NCBI GenBank assembly: GCA_942492765.1
Contig: OW818634.1
Location: 281,159-345,158 of the forward strand
Origin: an uncultured bacterium
Lineage (GTDB): Bacteria > Patescibacteriota > Patescibacteriia > Patescibacteriales > UBA12465
DNA: 64,000 nucleotides
Direction of reading: 5' to 3'
A program made the translations under genes and the position numbers. Positions 53,185 through 63,805 of the stretch are shown piece after piece; positions within the stretch are counted from its first letter, which is position 1; every line of letters starts with the position of its first letter. The notes under the pieces were generated by a model. The model worked only from the letters and a program-made list of their open reading frames with translations. It was not told where the DNA came from and searched no databases.

Positions 53185-54510
53185 ATGCTAAATCGTTTTC
53201 GTAAATTCATCCTCTTATGCGGCGATCTCGTCAGTCTTAACCTGGCGCTATTTTTGACTATCGCTATCCGCTATCCGCAGCCGCTCTGGACTAGTACCTG
53301 GCTGGAGCACTCGCGCTATTTTTTCGTCGTCTTCATTATCTGGCTGATTGTCCTCTATATCAATGATTTCTATAATCTCAACCTGAAAGCGAACGGCCGC
53401 AGCTTCTTTCAGAAACTCGTCAGCGCCATCATCTTGAGCGGCGGACTGTCCATTCTCTTCTTTTACCTTAATTCCAATACCAGCATCGCCCCCAAGACTA
53501 ATCTCTTGATCTTCCTGGGGTTATTCAGCCTGATCTTCTTTGCCTGGCGCGGGCTTTACCAGGGCCTGATTCATTCTTTCATTCCCAAAGAGAGCTTAGC
53601 GATCATCGGCTTCAACCAAAAAACGGAAAAGATCGTTGCCGGCCTGCAAAATAATCCCGGTGCCGGCTATCAGGCTGCTCTGATCTTCAAGAATCAAGAA
53701 GAGATCGCGAGCTTAGCCGACAGCGTCAAGGAAAAAGATATCCATACCGTCGTCATCTGCGACGATTTCGGACTGAGCGGCGGCTTGCGCCAAGTCTTAT
53801 TCAATTGCCTCTCCCTTAACATCACTTTCTTCGATTATCCGGATTTCTACGAACTCCTAACCGGAAAGGTTCCGGTCGAAGAGATCGGGCCGAGCTGGTT
53901 CCTAGAAAATCTGAAGGAGGGCGGTAAGAATTATTATAATTTCATCAAGCAGCTGATTGACACGATCTTGGCGATAATCGTCCTGATAATCACTCTGCCC
54001 CTCTGGCCCCTGATCGCTATTATCATCAAGCTCGAGAGCCGCGGTCCGATCTTCTTCCGCCAAGTTCGCCTCGGCCGCAATGAGAAGCCTTTTAGAATGA
54101 TAAAATTCCGGACCATGAAAGAAGAGGGCAATGCCAGAACACTAACCATAGAAGGCGACAAGCGCATCACTAATTTCGGCTCTTTCCTACGCAAGACGCG
54201 GCTAGATGAAATTCCTCAGGTCTTGAATATCCTGCGCGGCGAGATGAGCTTCATCGGCCCGCGCCCGGAACGCCCAGAGATAATCGCTGATTTAGAAAAG
54301 CAGATTCCCTTCTTCAAGACCCGCCTCCTAATCAAGCCGGGGCTCACCGGCTGGGATCAGATTTCCGGCCACTACCACTCCCCTTCGGTCGAAGACAGCT
54401 TAGAGAAGCTCCAATACGACTTATTCTATCTCAAGCATCGTTCTCTCTACCTAGACCTATCCATCGCCCTGCGGACGATAGCGACCATGCTTAGCAGAGG
54501 GGGGAGATAA
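53185..54510 (+). CDS. Polyprenyl-phosphate glycosyl-1-phosphate transferase (bacterial sugar transferase, WbaP/EpsE type)
   Basis: 441 aa with N-terminal TM helices and a C-terminal catalytic domain: IKLESRGPIFFRQVRLGRNEKPFRMIKFRTM...DEIPQVLNILRGEMSFIGPRPERP. Confidence 0.85.
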   Translation: MLNRFRKFILLCGDLVSLNLALFLTIAIRYPQPLWTSTWLEHSRYFFVVFIIWLIVLYINDFYNLNLKANGRSFFQKLVSAIILSGGLSILFFYLNSNTSIAPKTNLLIFLGLFSLIFFAWRGLYQGLIHSFIPKESLAIIGFNQKTEKIVAGLQNNPGAGYQAALIFKNQEEIASLADSVKEKDIHTVVICDDFGLSGGLRQVLFNCLSLNITFFDYPDFYELLTGKVPVEEIGPSWFLENLKEGGKNYYNFIKQLIDTILAIIVLIITLPLWPLIAIIIKLESRGPIFFRQVRLGRNEKPFRMIKFRTMKEEGNARTLTIEGDKRITNFGSFLRKTRLDEIPQVLNILRGEMSFIGPRPERPEIIADLEKQIPFFKTRLLIKPGLTGWDQISGHYHSPSVEDSLEKLQYDLFYLKHRSLYLDLSIALRTIATMLSRGGR

Positions 54511-54527
54511 AAGAATTAATGGAATTT

Positions 54528-54560
54528 AAAAAAGACTTACCACAAAATAAGTCTTTTTAA
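54528..54560. terminator. Bidirectional intrinsic terminator
   Basis: aaaagactta (54530-54539) pairs with taagtctttt (54548-54557) across an 8-nt loop, with flanking A and T tracts, between convergent genes. Confidence 0.65.
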
Positions 54561-54570
54561 TTATTATATT

Positions 54571-56139
54571 CTAACGAGAATTGATCTTGAATAAGCTGTA
54601 AGTGAAATCTTGGCCGTTCTTCTTGTAATCAGTAATGAACTTGAAAGGCAGAAGCTTCTTGAAACTGTATATCCGCCAAGTCACTGCTCCGACTTTGGAA
54701 TAATTATCTCTGATATGGTCTTCGATGATCTGACTGCGCAAAGTGGTTTCTATGGGCTTATCTGCGACCAAGAGACAGTCGACCAGCTTGTCCTCCAGCT
54801 CAGCGACAATCATTTTCTGTACATCTTCCGTGAAGGTCCAATTCCAATTAGGGTAAACAAACCTGATCCTCTTGACCGCGGGCAACTTGATATACATCGG
54901 CAGATTATATTGATCGGCCGGATAAACATAAACATATCGGCAGCCCACTACCTCTTCTATATAGGCGGCGGCGCCCGGAGCAAAATCAGAATGATAGAAT
55001 TCCCCAGGCCTGATCCAGAAGATGCGATAAGCCTCTTTGCCTAATGAAAAGATAAAATTAGCGCCGGCTAAAAGTATGTACGATAGAATCAAAAGAGCTA
55101 GCGCGCCGGCGACACGCCTCTTATAGCCAGAAATCCGAACAACAAATCGCTGGTAAAGCTTCTCCCTGAAAAATAAGAATACCCCGGTCAAGAAACCGGC
55201 CATGGCCGGAAGCAAATGAAAATTACCATAGAGGGGGTAAGACATCAGCAGCAGGCACAGCGAAGATAGGATCGGAAAAGTCAGCTTATAATATCTCTCC
55301 CTGCTCTCTTTATTGAAGAATATCGCGCCTAGAACGATGATATCGACAGAAAAAATCAAGAAAAACAGACTGAACGGCTTCGGCGGCCAAGCGCGGGCCA
55401 GACGAGAAACGACTTCAAAATTATAGGTGAACATCAGATAAGCGACTTCTTTGAGATTATCACGATAGATATATAAGAACGGCAATAACGGCGTAATCAT
55501 CCCGGCGACGAAGCGGGCGATGTTCTTCAGGTTTATCAGAACCCGTTCCCTTTTGAAATTAAGCAGGCAATAAAGAAAAAAACCGCAAGATAATAAGACA
55601 AAGGCGTTAAATTTTATCAGGAAGAGCGCTCCGAATAAGACACCGAGAATGACGAGATTAATATTATTGGACCGTGATCGAGACTCCGCCCTGATCTTTG
55701 AGAAAGACAGATAAATAAGAATTACCAGACAAGCGACGTACGGCTCGGGCAGGAAGACGCCGCCGAACATGACCGTCCAAATCAAGATGAGAAACGCTGC
55801 CGATAATATCCGCCCCTTGATCCCGAAAGAAAAATTACGAAAAAAATACCTGATGAACAAGGTGCAGATCGAGGAATTTATGATTATCATCCACAGCGGA
55901 AAAAACTCATAGCCGCCGAGATAAAAGAGCGGCGCGAATAGATAATATTGCAACGGACCGTGATGCTCAAAAAAATCTATAAATGGAACGTAGCCGGAAA
56001 AAGTTTGCCAAGCCGACAAGAGATGCTCCCAGCCATGAATGCCTTTAGACAAATAGAAAAGATAAGCAGCGAAAGCGGCCGCCAAGAAATATGCCAGATA
56101 CTCCCAGAAATATTTATTTATTCTCTTTTTTAGTTTCAT
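54571..56139 (-). CDS. Polytopic (~11-12 TM) membrane protein with ~150-aa C-terminal soluble domain; candidate GT-C-type glycosyltransferase/polymerase
   Basis: 522 aa. The early loop [13 protein letters not shown] carries acidic residues, as in the first loops of GT-C enzymes. It lies in a glycan locus that otherwise lacks a polymerase/ligase. I recognise no definite family. Confidence 0.5.
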   Translation of the reverse strand: MKLKKRINKYFWEYLAYFLAAAFAAYLFYLSKGIHGWEHLLSAWQTFSGYVPFIDFFEHHGPLQYYLFAPLFYLGGYEFFPLWMIIINSSICTLFIRYFFRNFSFGIKGRILSAAFLILIWTVMFGGVFLPEPYVACLVILIYLSFSKIRAESRSRSNNINLVILGVLFGALFLIKFNAFVLLSCGFFLYCLLNFKRERVLINLKNIARFVAGMITPLLPFLYIYRDNLKEVAYLMFTYNFEVVSRLARAWPPKPFSLFFLIFSVDIIVLGAIFFNKESRERYYKLTFPILSSLCLLLMSYPLYGNFHLLPAMAGFLTGVFLFFREKLYQRFVVRISGYKRRVAGALALLILSYILLAGANFIFSLGKEAYRIFWIRPGEFYHSDFAPGAAAYIEEVVGCRYVYVYPADQYNLPMYIKLPAVKRIRFVYPNWNWTFTEDVQKMIVAELEDKLVDCLLVADKPIETTLRSQIIEDHIRDNYSKVGAVTWRIYSFKKLLPFKFITDYKKNGQDFTYSLFKINSR

Positions 56140-57619
56140 GATATTCTTCTTCAGTATTTATGTCCCAGAGATTATCCTTAGTTTTCACGTCCGCGATGAT
56201 ATTATCGGCGGCCACGAACCCTGACAAGATAGAATGATCCATATTATTATACTTATGCATGCCATTGCGGCCGACGAGATAGAGGTTCTCGAACTTATCG
56301 AGATAGCTTCTTATCTCTCCGAAGCGGTCATAAGAGCCGAAATAGGCCGGATAAGTCTTCTTCACTCGCAAGACGACATGATCTATGAGATCGGTTTTGT
56401 CGACCATCTTCATCCTCTCGAGCTCCCTGGCGGCAAAATCCTTGATCGCCTCGTCGCTCTTATTCCAGAACTCATCTCCCTCAAAACAGAAATATTCCCC
56501 GCCCAGCCAGACATTATCCTTATCCTTGAGCATGTCCGGACTGAAATTATTGAAGATATCCAAGCGCCCGATAGTCGCGTCCCTTTCTTGGATATATATC
56601 CAATTATCGGGCAGGATCTGATAATCCTTATTGAAGACCATCTTCTTGAATAATAAGCCGACCATTATATAATCGCGATAGACCAGGCCGGCGGCGACGT
56701 CCTTGACTGCGGCCGGAACCGGACCGCGCAATGAGGCGATTAATTCTTTCACCGGCATCGTGGATATTATATGATCAGCCATGATCTCGTAGGAAGCGCC
56801 GGATTTCAGATCCTGAATCGTCGCTGAACCCAATTTCCCGTCCGCGCTGATATCAAGGCCCGCCACCCGCTGATTAAGCTTGATGACTCCGCCCCTCTTC
56901 TCGATCAGATTCGCGGTCTCTTGATACATCTGTCCGGCGCCATAACGCGGATAGTGGAATTTCTCTATCAGGCTCGTCTCGACTTTCTTCCCTTTCTTCT
57001 TGAAGATATCGAAGATAGCGTGCTTGATAACCTCGGTGACGGACAAGCCTTTGACTCTCTGCCCGCCCCAAGAAGGCGGAATCTTCTCACAAGGCACTCC
57101 CCAGACTTTTTCCGTATAATCCATGAAAAATGTCTCGTATAATTCTTGGCCGAAACGATTGATATAAAAATCAGCCAGAGATTTTTCTGAACGGATCGGA
57201 AAGAGGCGAATGCGTATATAGCTGAGGCCGATCTTAAACACCCGCCAAGGACCGAGATTAGAAAGAGTCTGATAATTCAGCTTTATCGGGTAATTGAAGA
57301 ACTTCTTAAGAAAGAATATCCGAGTCAGCCGATTAACCGAAAGAAAATCGCCTTCGCCAGACTCCCCGTCCTTAGGCCCGAGAATCTCTTGCCAAAAATC
57401 ATTGACGCGATCGACCTTAGAGAAAAACCGATGCGGGCCGATATCAATGCGATAGCCGTTATGTTCTATAGTCTTAGAGATGCCGCCGACCTGGCTGTCT
57501 TGTTCGATCAGGATAGGCTTGATGCCCGGGACTTTGAGCAATTGATAAGCGGCGGCTAGCCCTGCCGGACCGGCGCCGATGATGATAACTGTCTTGTCTT
57601 TTGATGTCTCTTTCTCCAT
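56114..57619 (-). CDS. FAD-dependent flavoenzyme, UDP-galactopyranose mutase-like (long type)
   Basis: 501 aa. The dinucleotide fold is [17 protein letters not shown]...EQDSQVGG. The C-terminal [21 protein letters not shown] resembles the RFGSWRYEVGNQDHS region of long UGM enzymes as I recall them. Confidence 0.6.
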   Translation of the reverse strand: MEKETSKDKTVIIIGAGPAGLAAAYQLLKVPGIKPILIEQDSQVGGISKTIEHNGYRIDIGPHRFFSKVDRVNDFWQEILGPKDGESGEGDFLSVNRLTRIFFLKKFFNYPIKLNYQTLSNLGPWRVFKIGLSYIRIRLFPIRSEKSLADFYINRFGQELYETFFMDYTEKVWGVPCEKIPPSWGGQRVKGLSVTEVIKHAIFDIFKKKGKKVETSLIEKFHYPRYGAGQMYQETANLIEKRGGVIKLNQRVAGLDISADGKLGSATIQDLKSGASYEIMADHIISTMPVKELIASLRGPVPAAVKDVAAGLVYRDYIMVGLLFKKMVFNKDYQILPDNWIYIQERDATIGRLDIFNNFSPDMLKDKDNVWLGGEYFCFEGDEFWNKSDEAIKDFAARELERMKMVDKTDLIDHVVLRVKKTYPAYFGSYDRFGEIRSYLDKFENLYLVGRNGMHKYNNMDHSILSGFVAADNIIADVKTKDNLWDINTEEEYHETKKENK

Positions 57620-57646
57620 ATTATTAATATTAAGCGCCGGATATAT

Positions 57647-58072
57647 TTACTCCGCTCGGAATCTCTTCAGATTGAAGGTGATATTCTTGTGCGCCCAGAA
57701 ACTCCAGAACATCACCAGCAAGAGGCTGACAGCCTTGGCGAACATATACCAGAGTCCGAATAATTCTACTAAAGCGCTGATGATCGCCTGATTGAGAGCT
57801 AGCCCGACGAGCGCGACGCCGACGAAGACTCCGAATTGCAGGGCGATCTTCTTGTCCTTATCTTTAAAATTGAAAAATTTATTCAAAGTATAATTAACAG
57901 CCATGCCGACGGTATAGGAGATGGCAGCGGATATGAAATAATGGAGATGAGCCTTATCGGTCAGAAGATATAATATGCCGAAATCGAAAATGGTCGCGGC
58001 TCCGGCAAAGAAGACGTAATAGACGATCTGGAATATTTTTTCATTCTTGATTTCTAGAAATATCAGCTTCAT
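57647..58072 (-). CDS. GtrA family membrane protein
   Basis: 141 aa and 4 TM helices, with FFAGAATIFDFGILYLL and LNKFFNF, typical of GtrA-like proteins. It has an ATGA overlap with the next GT4. Confidence 0.8.
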   Translation of the reverse strand: MKLIFLEIKNEKIFQIVYYVFFAGAATIFDFGILYLLTDKAHLHYFISAAISYTVGMAVNYTLNKFFNFKDKDKKIALQFGVFVGVALVGLALNQAIISALVELFGLWYMFAKAVSLLLVMFWSFWAHKNITFNLKRFRAE

Positions 58073-59265
58073 AATTTATGATCTTCCTTCCCTATCTTTT
58101 CAAAAAGCTCCTGCCAGACAACCTTTATTTTTCCGATTGAAAAATCTTCAGCCCGAGCCAGAGATAATTCTTGATATTCCTTCCTCTTCTCTTCGTCATT
58201 CAAGAGAGTCGAAAAAGCTTCGAGCCAGTCGCCATATCCCTTATCGGCGGTATCAATATCTTCAGATATTTTATAGTTTAAGACCGGAACGAGCAAGCCG
58301 AATTTCTTCCCGTTGCTTAAGAGTATCTCTCTCGGCCCGTAATCGCAATCGCTCGAAACGACCGGCAGACCGCAAGCCATAGCCTCTAAGATGACCATCG
58401 GCATGCCCTCGGAAACAGAACTAAGGACGAAGGCAGTCGCTCTGGCCATGAATTTATAAGGGTTCTTTTGGAATCCTAGGAAATAAACATTATAAGAAGA
58501 ATCTATTTCTGCTATCGGATTAGAAAAGACGGAAAATACTTTCAGGCCTAATCCGGCGGCATAAGCTAAGAGCTGACCGCGCAGATCGCCATCGCCGATG
58601 ATGAACAGTTTCGCGCTAGGATTATTTTTCAGCTGACTGCTAAAGGCTTTTAGCAGCGTCCATTGAGCCTTCTGATAAAATAGGCGGCCGACGGTAATGA
58701 GGCTGTCTTGCATCAGTTCGTCGGAAAAATCTAAAGCCTCGGTCTTCAGGCCATTGACCGAAGGCAAGTCAATCGGATTATAGATGACGGAATTATAGCT
58801 TTTAAAACTGATCATCTTCTTAAAGTCATCGTTAATCCCCTCGGAGACGGAGATAACGGCGTCGGCCCAAGGATAAAGCATCTTGATGAGCAGATAATAG
58901 GGGTATTTCTTAAGAGTCTTGAAAGATGAAGAAATATTGGTATGCAGAGCGATGATCGCCTTATGGCCGGATATGATCTTCGCGCAGATGTTCACGAAGT
59001 TAGCCCGTTCGATGAAGCTGACGACCACGTCTCCGCTTCTCAAGATCCGGCGCAAGCGCCAAGCATAGACCGGAATGAAAATAGTCTTGAGCGCGCTGCT
59101 CGTCGCCTGGGTATGCCCGCTAAGTTTCATGACCGGGACGCTAAGCGAAAAATCCTGTTCATCCTCCAGCGTGATGACCTTATCGAAAACGCCGGCGCTA
59201 GACAATATCTGCGCCACTTTCTCTGCTCCGCCGAATTTCAACGAGTTGATAAGAAGATATCTCAT
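58069..59265 (-). CDS. Glycosyltransferase family 4
   Basis: 398 aa with LKFGGAEKV at the N-terminus and LSSVSEGMPMVILEAMACGLPVVSSD. Confidence 0.8.
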   Translation of the reverse strand: MRYLLINSLKFGGAEKVAQILSSAGVFDKVITLEDEQDFSLSVPVMKLSGHTQATSSALKTIFIPVYAWRLRRILRSGDVVVSFIERANFVNICAKIISGHKAIIALHTNISSSFKTLKKYPYYLLIKMLYPWADAVISVSEGINDDFKKMISFKSYNSVIYNPIDLPSVNGLKTEALDFSDELMQDSLITVGRLFYQKAQWTLLKAFSSQLKNNPSAKLFIIGDGDLRGQLLAYAAGLGLKVFSVFSNPIAEIDSSYNVYFLGFQKNPYKFMARATAFVLSSVSEGMPMVILEAMACGLPVVSSDCDYGPREILLSNGKKFGLLVPVLNYKISEDIDTADKGYGDWLEAFSTLLNDEEKRKEYQELSLARAEDFSIGKIKVVWQELFEKIGKEDHKL

Positions 59266-59272
59266 ATAATGA

Positions 59273-60175
59273 TCATTTGCGGCGATCTGAATAAAAGAAA
59301 AACAGGCCTAGCGGCAAGAAAAATAGGAAGAAAAATCTCAGATAAGCCGGGGCCAGCGCTTTTATCTGCTGGCTGATGCTTATATGGCCATGCAGGGAAA
59401 ATCTGATGTAGTTGACGAGATTCCTCAGCTTCCAAGACAGTGCTAGAGGCAAAGCCAAAAATTCCTGATAGTAAGCGATTGCGCCCAGCGGATTCTTCAT
59501 CCTGAGAGCTACTGAGCGAGCAGATAATCCGCCTGGCTGGTAGTCAGCGATCAGCAGGCAGTCGTTGATGAAGCGGGTCTTATACTTCAAGGCCAGGCGA
59601 TTCCAAACTAGAGCTTCTGACAAGAAATTCTCTCCAGGAAATACCGGGAACTTATAAGCTCGCAGGATATCGGTCACGAAGAAACCGCACTTATCGCCCG
59701 TCACTCTCCGGCGGTAGAAAGTCTCGATAAAATCAGAATCATAAACATCTTCAGGAAAGGCGCTGCCGATAAGATTATGAGCGGGATCCATGCAATTAGC
59801 CAGGACTCCTGAAAATAAAGCCTGATCGGCTAGCGATTGCCAATATTTCCAAAAGACGCTCAAAGCATTATCCACGAAATAGTCATCAGAATCAATGACT
59901 AAGAATAAGCGGCCGCGCGCGTTATCAATCCCCACATTCAAAGCCGCGTGCTTGCCTTTATTTTCCTGCTTGATATATCTGATCGGCAATACTCCTTCCT
60001 TAATCCAGGATTCAGCCAGGGCTCCAGTATCGTCAGTCGAGCCATCGTCGATGATCAGCCATTCGAAATCTTTATAATCCTGCCGCTTCAAGGACTCATA
60101 AACCCGCCCCAAGAGATTGGCGCGATTCAAAGTCGGAGTACAGACAGTGAAATTATAGCTGGATTGATTATTCAT
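59273..60175 (-). CDS. Glycosyltransferase family 2
   Basis: 300 aa with VCTPTLNRANLL...FEWLIIDDGSTDDT and a DSDD motif. Confidence 0.85.
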   Translation of the reverse strand: MNNQSSYNFTVCTPTLNRANLLGRVYESLKRQDYKDFEWLIIDDGSTDDTGALAESWIKEGVLPIRYIKQENKGKHAALNVGIDNARGRLFLVIDSDDYFVDNALSVFWKYWQSLADQALFSGVLANCMDPAHNLIGSAFPEDVYDSDFIETFYRRRVTGDKCGFFVTDILRAYKFPVFPGENFLSEALVWNRLALKYKTRFINDCLLIADYQPGGLSARSVALRMKNPLGAIAYYQEFLALPLALSWKLRNLVNYIRFSLHGHISISQQIKALAPAYLRFFFLFFLPLGLFFFYSDRRK

Positions 60176-60803
60176 CTTGCTTGATATCCTTAACGGCTAT
60201 TAATTGAAAAGCGAGGCGCGGAAAACGATAGACGATCTTCTGCCCGATATCATTGATCAGGCGCCACAAGGCATAAGGCTTATATTTATATTCGCCCCTT
60301 TCGCCCCTGATGAATTTAAATCCGCCGATGCCGTTCACGCGATAGCCGCGTTGCTTGAATTCTTCGATGCTCCAGCCGGATTTATGGATTTGCAGCGGAT
60401 TATCATCATAAGTATCCTGCTTGATATAGCCATTCGGGGTAGCGATGACGACTCGCTTCTTAGCCCATCTTTCCGCGTTATCAAGGAGGATAAAGCCGTC
60501 GGCCTTATCAAGATGCTCGATAATCTCGGAAGCTACGACTAGATCATAAGAATGCGGCGGGAATTCGATGGTCAGGATATTATCCTGGAAATATTCGTCA
60601 TGAATCCCCTTCTCCCGGCTCTGGCGCAGATAATCTTCGAACATCTCGACTCCGACCTTATGTTTCACGTTCAAGAACTGCACTAGCGAATTATAGCCGC
60701 AAGCCAAATCGAGCACGCTATCGCAATCCTTGGCTGCCCGCTGCAAATAGATAGTCCAGTCAGGAAAAATCTGCTTATAAATCTTCTTAAGATAGTTGGT
60801 CAT
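60168..60803 (-). CDS. Class I SAM-dependent methyltransferase
   Basis: 211 aa with VLDLACGYNS (motif I) and VVASEIIEHL. It overlaps both neighbours by 4-8 nt. Confidence 0.75.
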   Translation of the reverse strand: MTNYLKKIYKQIFPDWTIYLQRAAKDCDSVLDLACGYNSLVQFLNVKHKVGVEMFEDYLRQSREKGIHDEYFQDNILTIEFPPHSYDLVVASEIIEHLDKADGFILLDNAERWAKKRVVIATPNGYIKQDTYDDNPLQIHKSGWSIEEFKQRGYRVNGIGGFKFIRGERGEYKYKPYALWRLINDIGQKIVYRFPRLAFQLIAVKDIKQDE

Positions 60804-61546
60804 AAATTTTTATTCTTAGCTATAATGACGGCATAGGGAGAAAAGCTCGCGCCGTTAACCGGCCAAAATCTAAGGATTTTTCCTGACAGGTTTAATATCT
60901 TGATCAAAGCTTTCTTAATGACGCTCTGGGACGTGCTTTCGGCCCAGAAATCAAAACCGCCCCTAAAGCCGTAAAACAATATTTCATATCCGGAATCAAT
61001 CAGAATCTTCTTCCAAGCTGCCGGATCCATCGATGGCAGATAATGCCTCTCGAGATTATCGCGATCTAAGCGGCTATGAAGCATCTTCTGGAAAGCGCCG
61101 CGGAAATTCGGAGTAGTGAGAATCAACAGGCCGCCCGGGGAGATGAGGGACAAGTGCCGGCGCAGGACCTCGTCATAATTGACAAAATGTTCGATGAATC
61201 CGAACGAGCAGACGATATCATAAGTCCGGCCGCAATCAAGCTTGAAAAAATCATCACAATAAAAATCTCCCGCCTTGTAGTTGTTAGCGGCCAGCCACCG
61301 CGGCATATCGGTCAGGACGCGCGGCGTCAGGTCGACGCCGTTCAAGACGTAGCCTAAATCTCCGAAGACGCTCAAGTATCGTCCCGGAAAGCAGCCGACT
61401 TCGAAAACGGATCGATCCGCACCGAGAGCGGGCGCATAAGCCTTGATGATTCGACGGATCGGATCAGAGAATGACGGCTTGAAAAAAATCAGATCCTTAT
61501 AAGATTCGTCCCAATGTTCCTGACTAGCCAGATTATTCCCTTCCAT
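60800..61546 (-). CDS. Class I SAM-dependent methyltransferase
   Basis: 248 aa with VFEVGCFPGRY (motif I), DIVCSFGFIEHF and GGLLILTTPN. Confidence 0.75.
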   Translation of the reverse strand: MEGNNLASQEHWDESYKDLIFFKPSFSDPIRRIIKAYAPALGADRSVFEVGCFPGRYLSVFGDLGYVLNGVDLTPRVLTDMPRWLAANNYKAGDFYCDDFFKLDCGRTYDIVCSFGFIEHFVNYDEVLRRHLSLISPGGLLILTTPNFRGAFQKMLHSRLDRDNLERHYLPSMDPAAWKKILIDSGYEILFYGFRGGFDFWAESTSQSVIKKALIKILNLSGKILRFWPVNGASFSPYAVIIAKNKNL

Positions 61547-61547
61547 A

Positions 61548-62474
61548 TTAGTAAGCCGAGAGCGCGCGGCGCTTCTTGGCGTTAAGTATAGATAAATAAA
61601 TATTCTTGCCCAAGAGTGAACAGGCGGCCGTAAACAGATTGCGCCAAGTAAAATCTACCTTAAGAGATTTGAGAAAATATTGACGCGCTTCTTTTGACCT
61701 GCCAGCCAGGAAGTTCATGGTTCCCAGATGCCGATAATGGATGGCCAGGATATCCGGATACTCGCTCAGCAGCTTCAGGTGCTTAGCTACGAAACGTTCA
61801 TAATCAGGCGCGGCTTTCGTGAAATCCTTCGATAGGTTCTCATCATCAATATAATAATTGATCAGGACTTCGTCAACGAAATCAAAACGATAACCCGCGG
61901 CCGCTATCCGGACGAAGATATCCTGATCCTCGAATAATTTCAGAGACTCGTCCCTCGAACCGACTTTTTCGACGACGGTTCTAGGCACCATGATCGAACT
62001 ATTGCTGAAAGCGTAATTTCCTCCCTCCAAGAGCAAATCGCGGATGGAGCTAAATTTATGCATCTTGTGGATGCCGCCGGAATTCTTATTGCTGTTATTG
62101 ACTATCATGACATTGCAGCTGACTAGGCCAAGATTCTCATTGGGATGATCGTTAAAGAATTTCAGCTGTTTCTCCAGTTTAGCCGGCAACCACTCATCGT
62201 CATGATCAAGATAAGCGATGAATTCTCCGGAACTGACCAAGAAGGCTTGGTTCTTCGGATTAGCCGCGCCGCCGGAATTAGCCTGATAGATATATCTTAT
62301 TCGAGAATCGGCCGCCGCCATCTTCCGGACAACTTCGCCGGTATTATCTTTCGAGCCGTCATCGATGACGATCAACTCGAAATCCTTGAAGGTCTGATTC
62401 AGGACGCTATTAATCGTCCGGGGCAGGATGTCCGCGCGATTATAAGCCGGGATGATTACGGAAACTTTAGGCAT
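61548..62474 (-). CDS. Glycosyltransferase family 2
   Basis: 308 aa with VSVIIPAYNRADIL...FELIVIDDGSKDNT and a DHDDEW motif. Confidence 0.85.
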   Translation of the reverse strand: MPKVSVIIPAYNRADILPRTINSVLNQTFKDFELIVIDDGSKDNTGEVVRKMAAADSRIRYIYQANSGGAANPKNQAFLVSSGEFIAYLDHDDEWLPAKLEKQLKFFNDHPNENLGLVSCNVMIVNNSNKNSGGIHKMHKFSSIRDLLLEGGNYAFSNSSIMVPRTVVEKVGSRDESLKLFEDQDIFVRIAAAGYRFDFVDEVLINYYIDDENLSKDFTKAAPDYERFVAKHLKLLSEYPDILAIHYRHLGTMNFLAGRSKEARQYFLKSLKVDFTWRNLFTAACSLLGKNIYLSILNAKKRRALSAY

Positions 62475-62477
62475 AAA

Positions 62478-63776
62478 TCAATTATTATTCTTATCTTTCT
62501 TATTAAGAGACATGAGCAGGGGCCATAAGCTGTAAGAGATGAGCGTGGCGATAGCCGATCCGGCCATGCCGAAGAGCGGCAAGAGCCATAAATTCAAAGC
62601 GACGTTGATGATGACGAGCGCAATCTGCACCAAGAAGATGAATCTCTCCTTATTCTCGACGACTAAGCGGTAATTGATGGTCGCGCCCAAGAACATGCCG
62701 ATATTCGACCAAGCGTATATCTTGAGGATGCCGGCGGCGGCGGCATATTCCGGACCGAATATCAGGGAGATGATGGGCCGAGAAAACAAGGACAAGAAAA
62801 CGGCCAAGAAGAGGGCCGCAAAAAACATGAATATATATAAGGATTTCAGCCGCTTAGCAAAAGAGAGATCGCTTCCCTGCCTAGCGTTAACGATGGCGGG
62901 AAAGAGCGAGTAGCAGACGAGAGTCGGGATGAAATAGAATATCTCCACTAATTTCACGGCTGCCGAATAGATGCCGACCGCTACATCTCCCAAGGCCTGG
63001 CCGATGATGACCTGGTCTATCCGTAACAACAAGAAGCTGGCGGCAGCGGATAGCATCAGGGGCCAAGAATATTTCAGAATCTTATAAAAAAGCGCGCGGT
63101 CGAAATCGAATCGGAAATCTTTCTTCTCAGAAGCCAGATAAGCGAGGAGCAAAAAAAGAGCTAAGAGGGCGGCGTCGAGGACATAAGACGCGGCCAAATA
63201 GATTATTCCCAGCCCTAGCTTGATGATGATCAACTTGACGAGCAAGGAGACGGCTGAGACGGCTATCTGGGAAATAACATTTTTCTTAGCCATCACTTTC
63301 GATTGAAAGAATGATCCGGTCACCTGGAAAGAAGCAGCGATGAAAGTCAGTGAGTATATGGCGATCATGAGATGGATTAAGCCACCCTCGTTGAAGATGA
63401 AAGAAAAGGACAGCGCCGCTAAAAAAGCGACCGCGCCGCCGATAAGCTTCAAGACAAAACCAGAACTCATGATCTTATCCGCCTCCTGATTATTCTTAAT
63501 GATCTCTCGGGAAATGACGATATCTGAGCCGATGGCGGTAATGAAAGAAAATAAGCTGGCGAAGCCGATGGAGTAATTCAAAAGCCCGTAATTCTTCGGC
63601 CCTAGATATCGGGCGACGATAATGCCGGCGACAAAGGCGACTAAGAGTGAAAACATCTGCCCGAAAAAAAGCCAGCCCGTATTCTTAGAATACTTGCGAA
63701 AACCCTCATGGCTCAGGACCCAGCGCCATCTTCCCGGGAGAAAACTATTTATCTTGTCGAACAAAACGTCAATCAT
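62478..63776 (-). CDS. MOP-superfamily polysaccharide flippase (Wzx-like)
   Basis: About 12 TM helices with NTGWLFFGQMFSLLVAFVAGIIVARYLGPKNYG. The ATG at 63776 (MIDVLFDK) is preferred because the track start 63812 would overlap the upstream gene's stop. Confidence 0.75.
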   Translation of the reverse strand: MIDVLFDKINSFLPGRWRWVLSHEGFRKYSKNTGWLFFGQMFSLLVAFVAGIIVARYLGPKNYGLLNYSIGFASLFSFITAIGSDIVISREIIKNNQEADKIMSSGFVLKLIGGAVAFLAALSFSFIFNEGGLIHLMIAIYSLTFIAASFQVTGSFFQSKVMAKKNVISQIAVSAVSLLVKLIIIKLGLGIIYLAASYVLDAALLALFLLLAYLASEKKDFRFDFDRALFYKILKYSWPLMLSAAASFLLLRIDQVIIGQALGDVAVGIYSAAVKLVEIFYFIPTLVCYSLFPAIVNARQGSDLSFAKRLKSLYIFMFFAALFLAVFLSLFSRPIISLIFGPEYAAAAGILKIYAWSNIGMFLGATINYRLVVENKERFIFLVQIALVIINVALNLWLLPLFGMAGSAIATLISYSLWPLLMSLNKKDKNNN

Positions 63777-63805
63777 TTTTATAATAAAAAAGCGGCAGAT
63801 AAATC

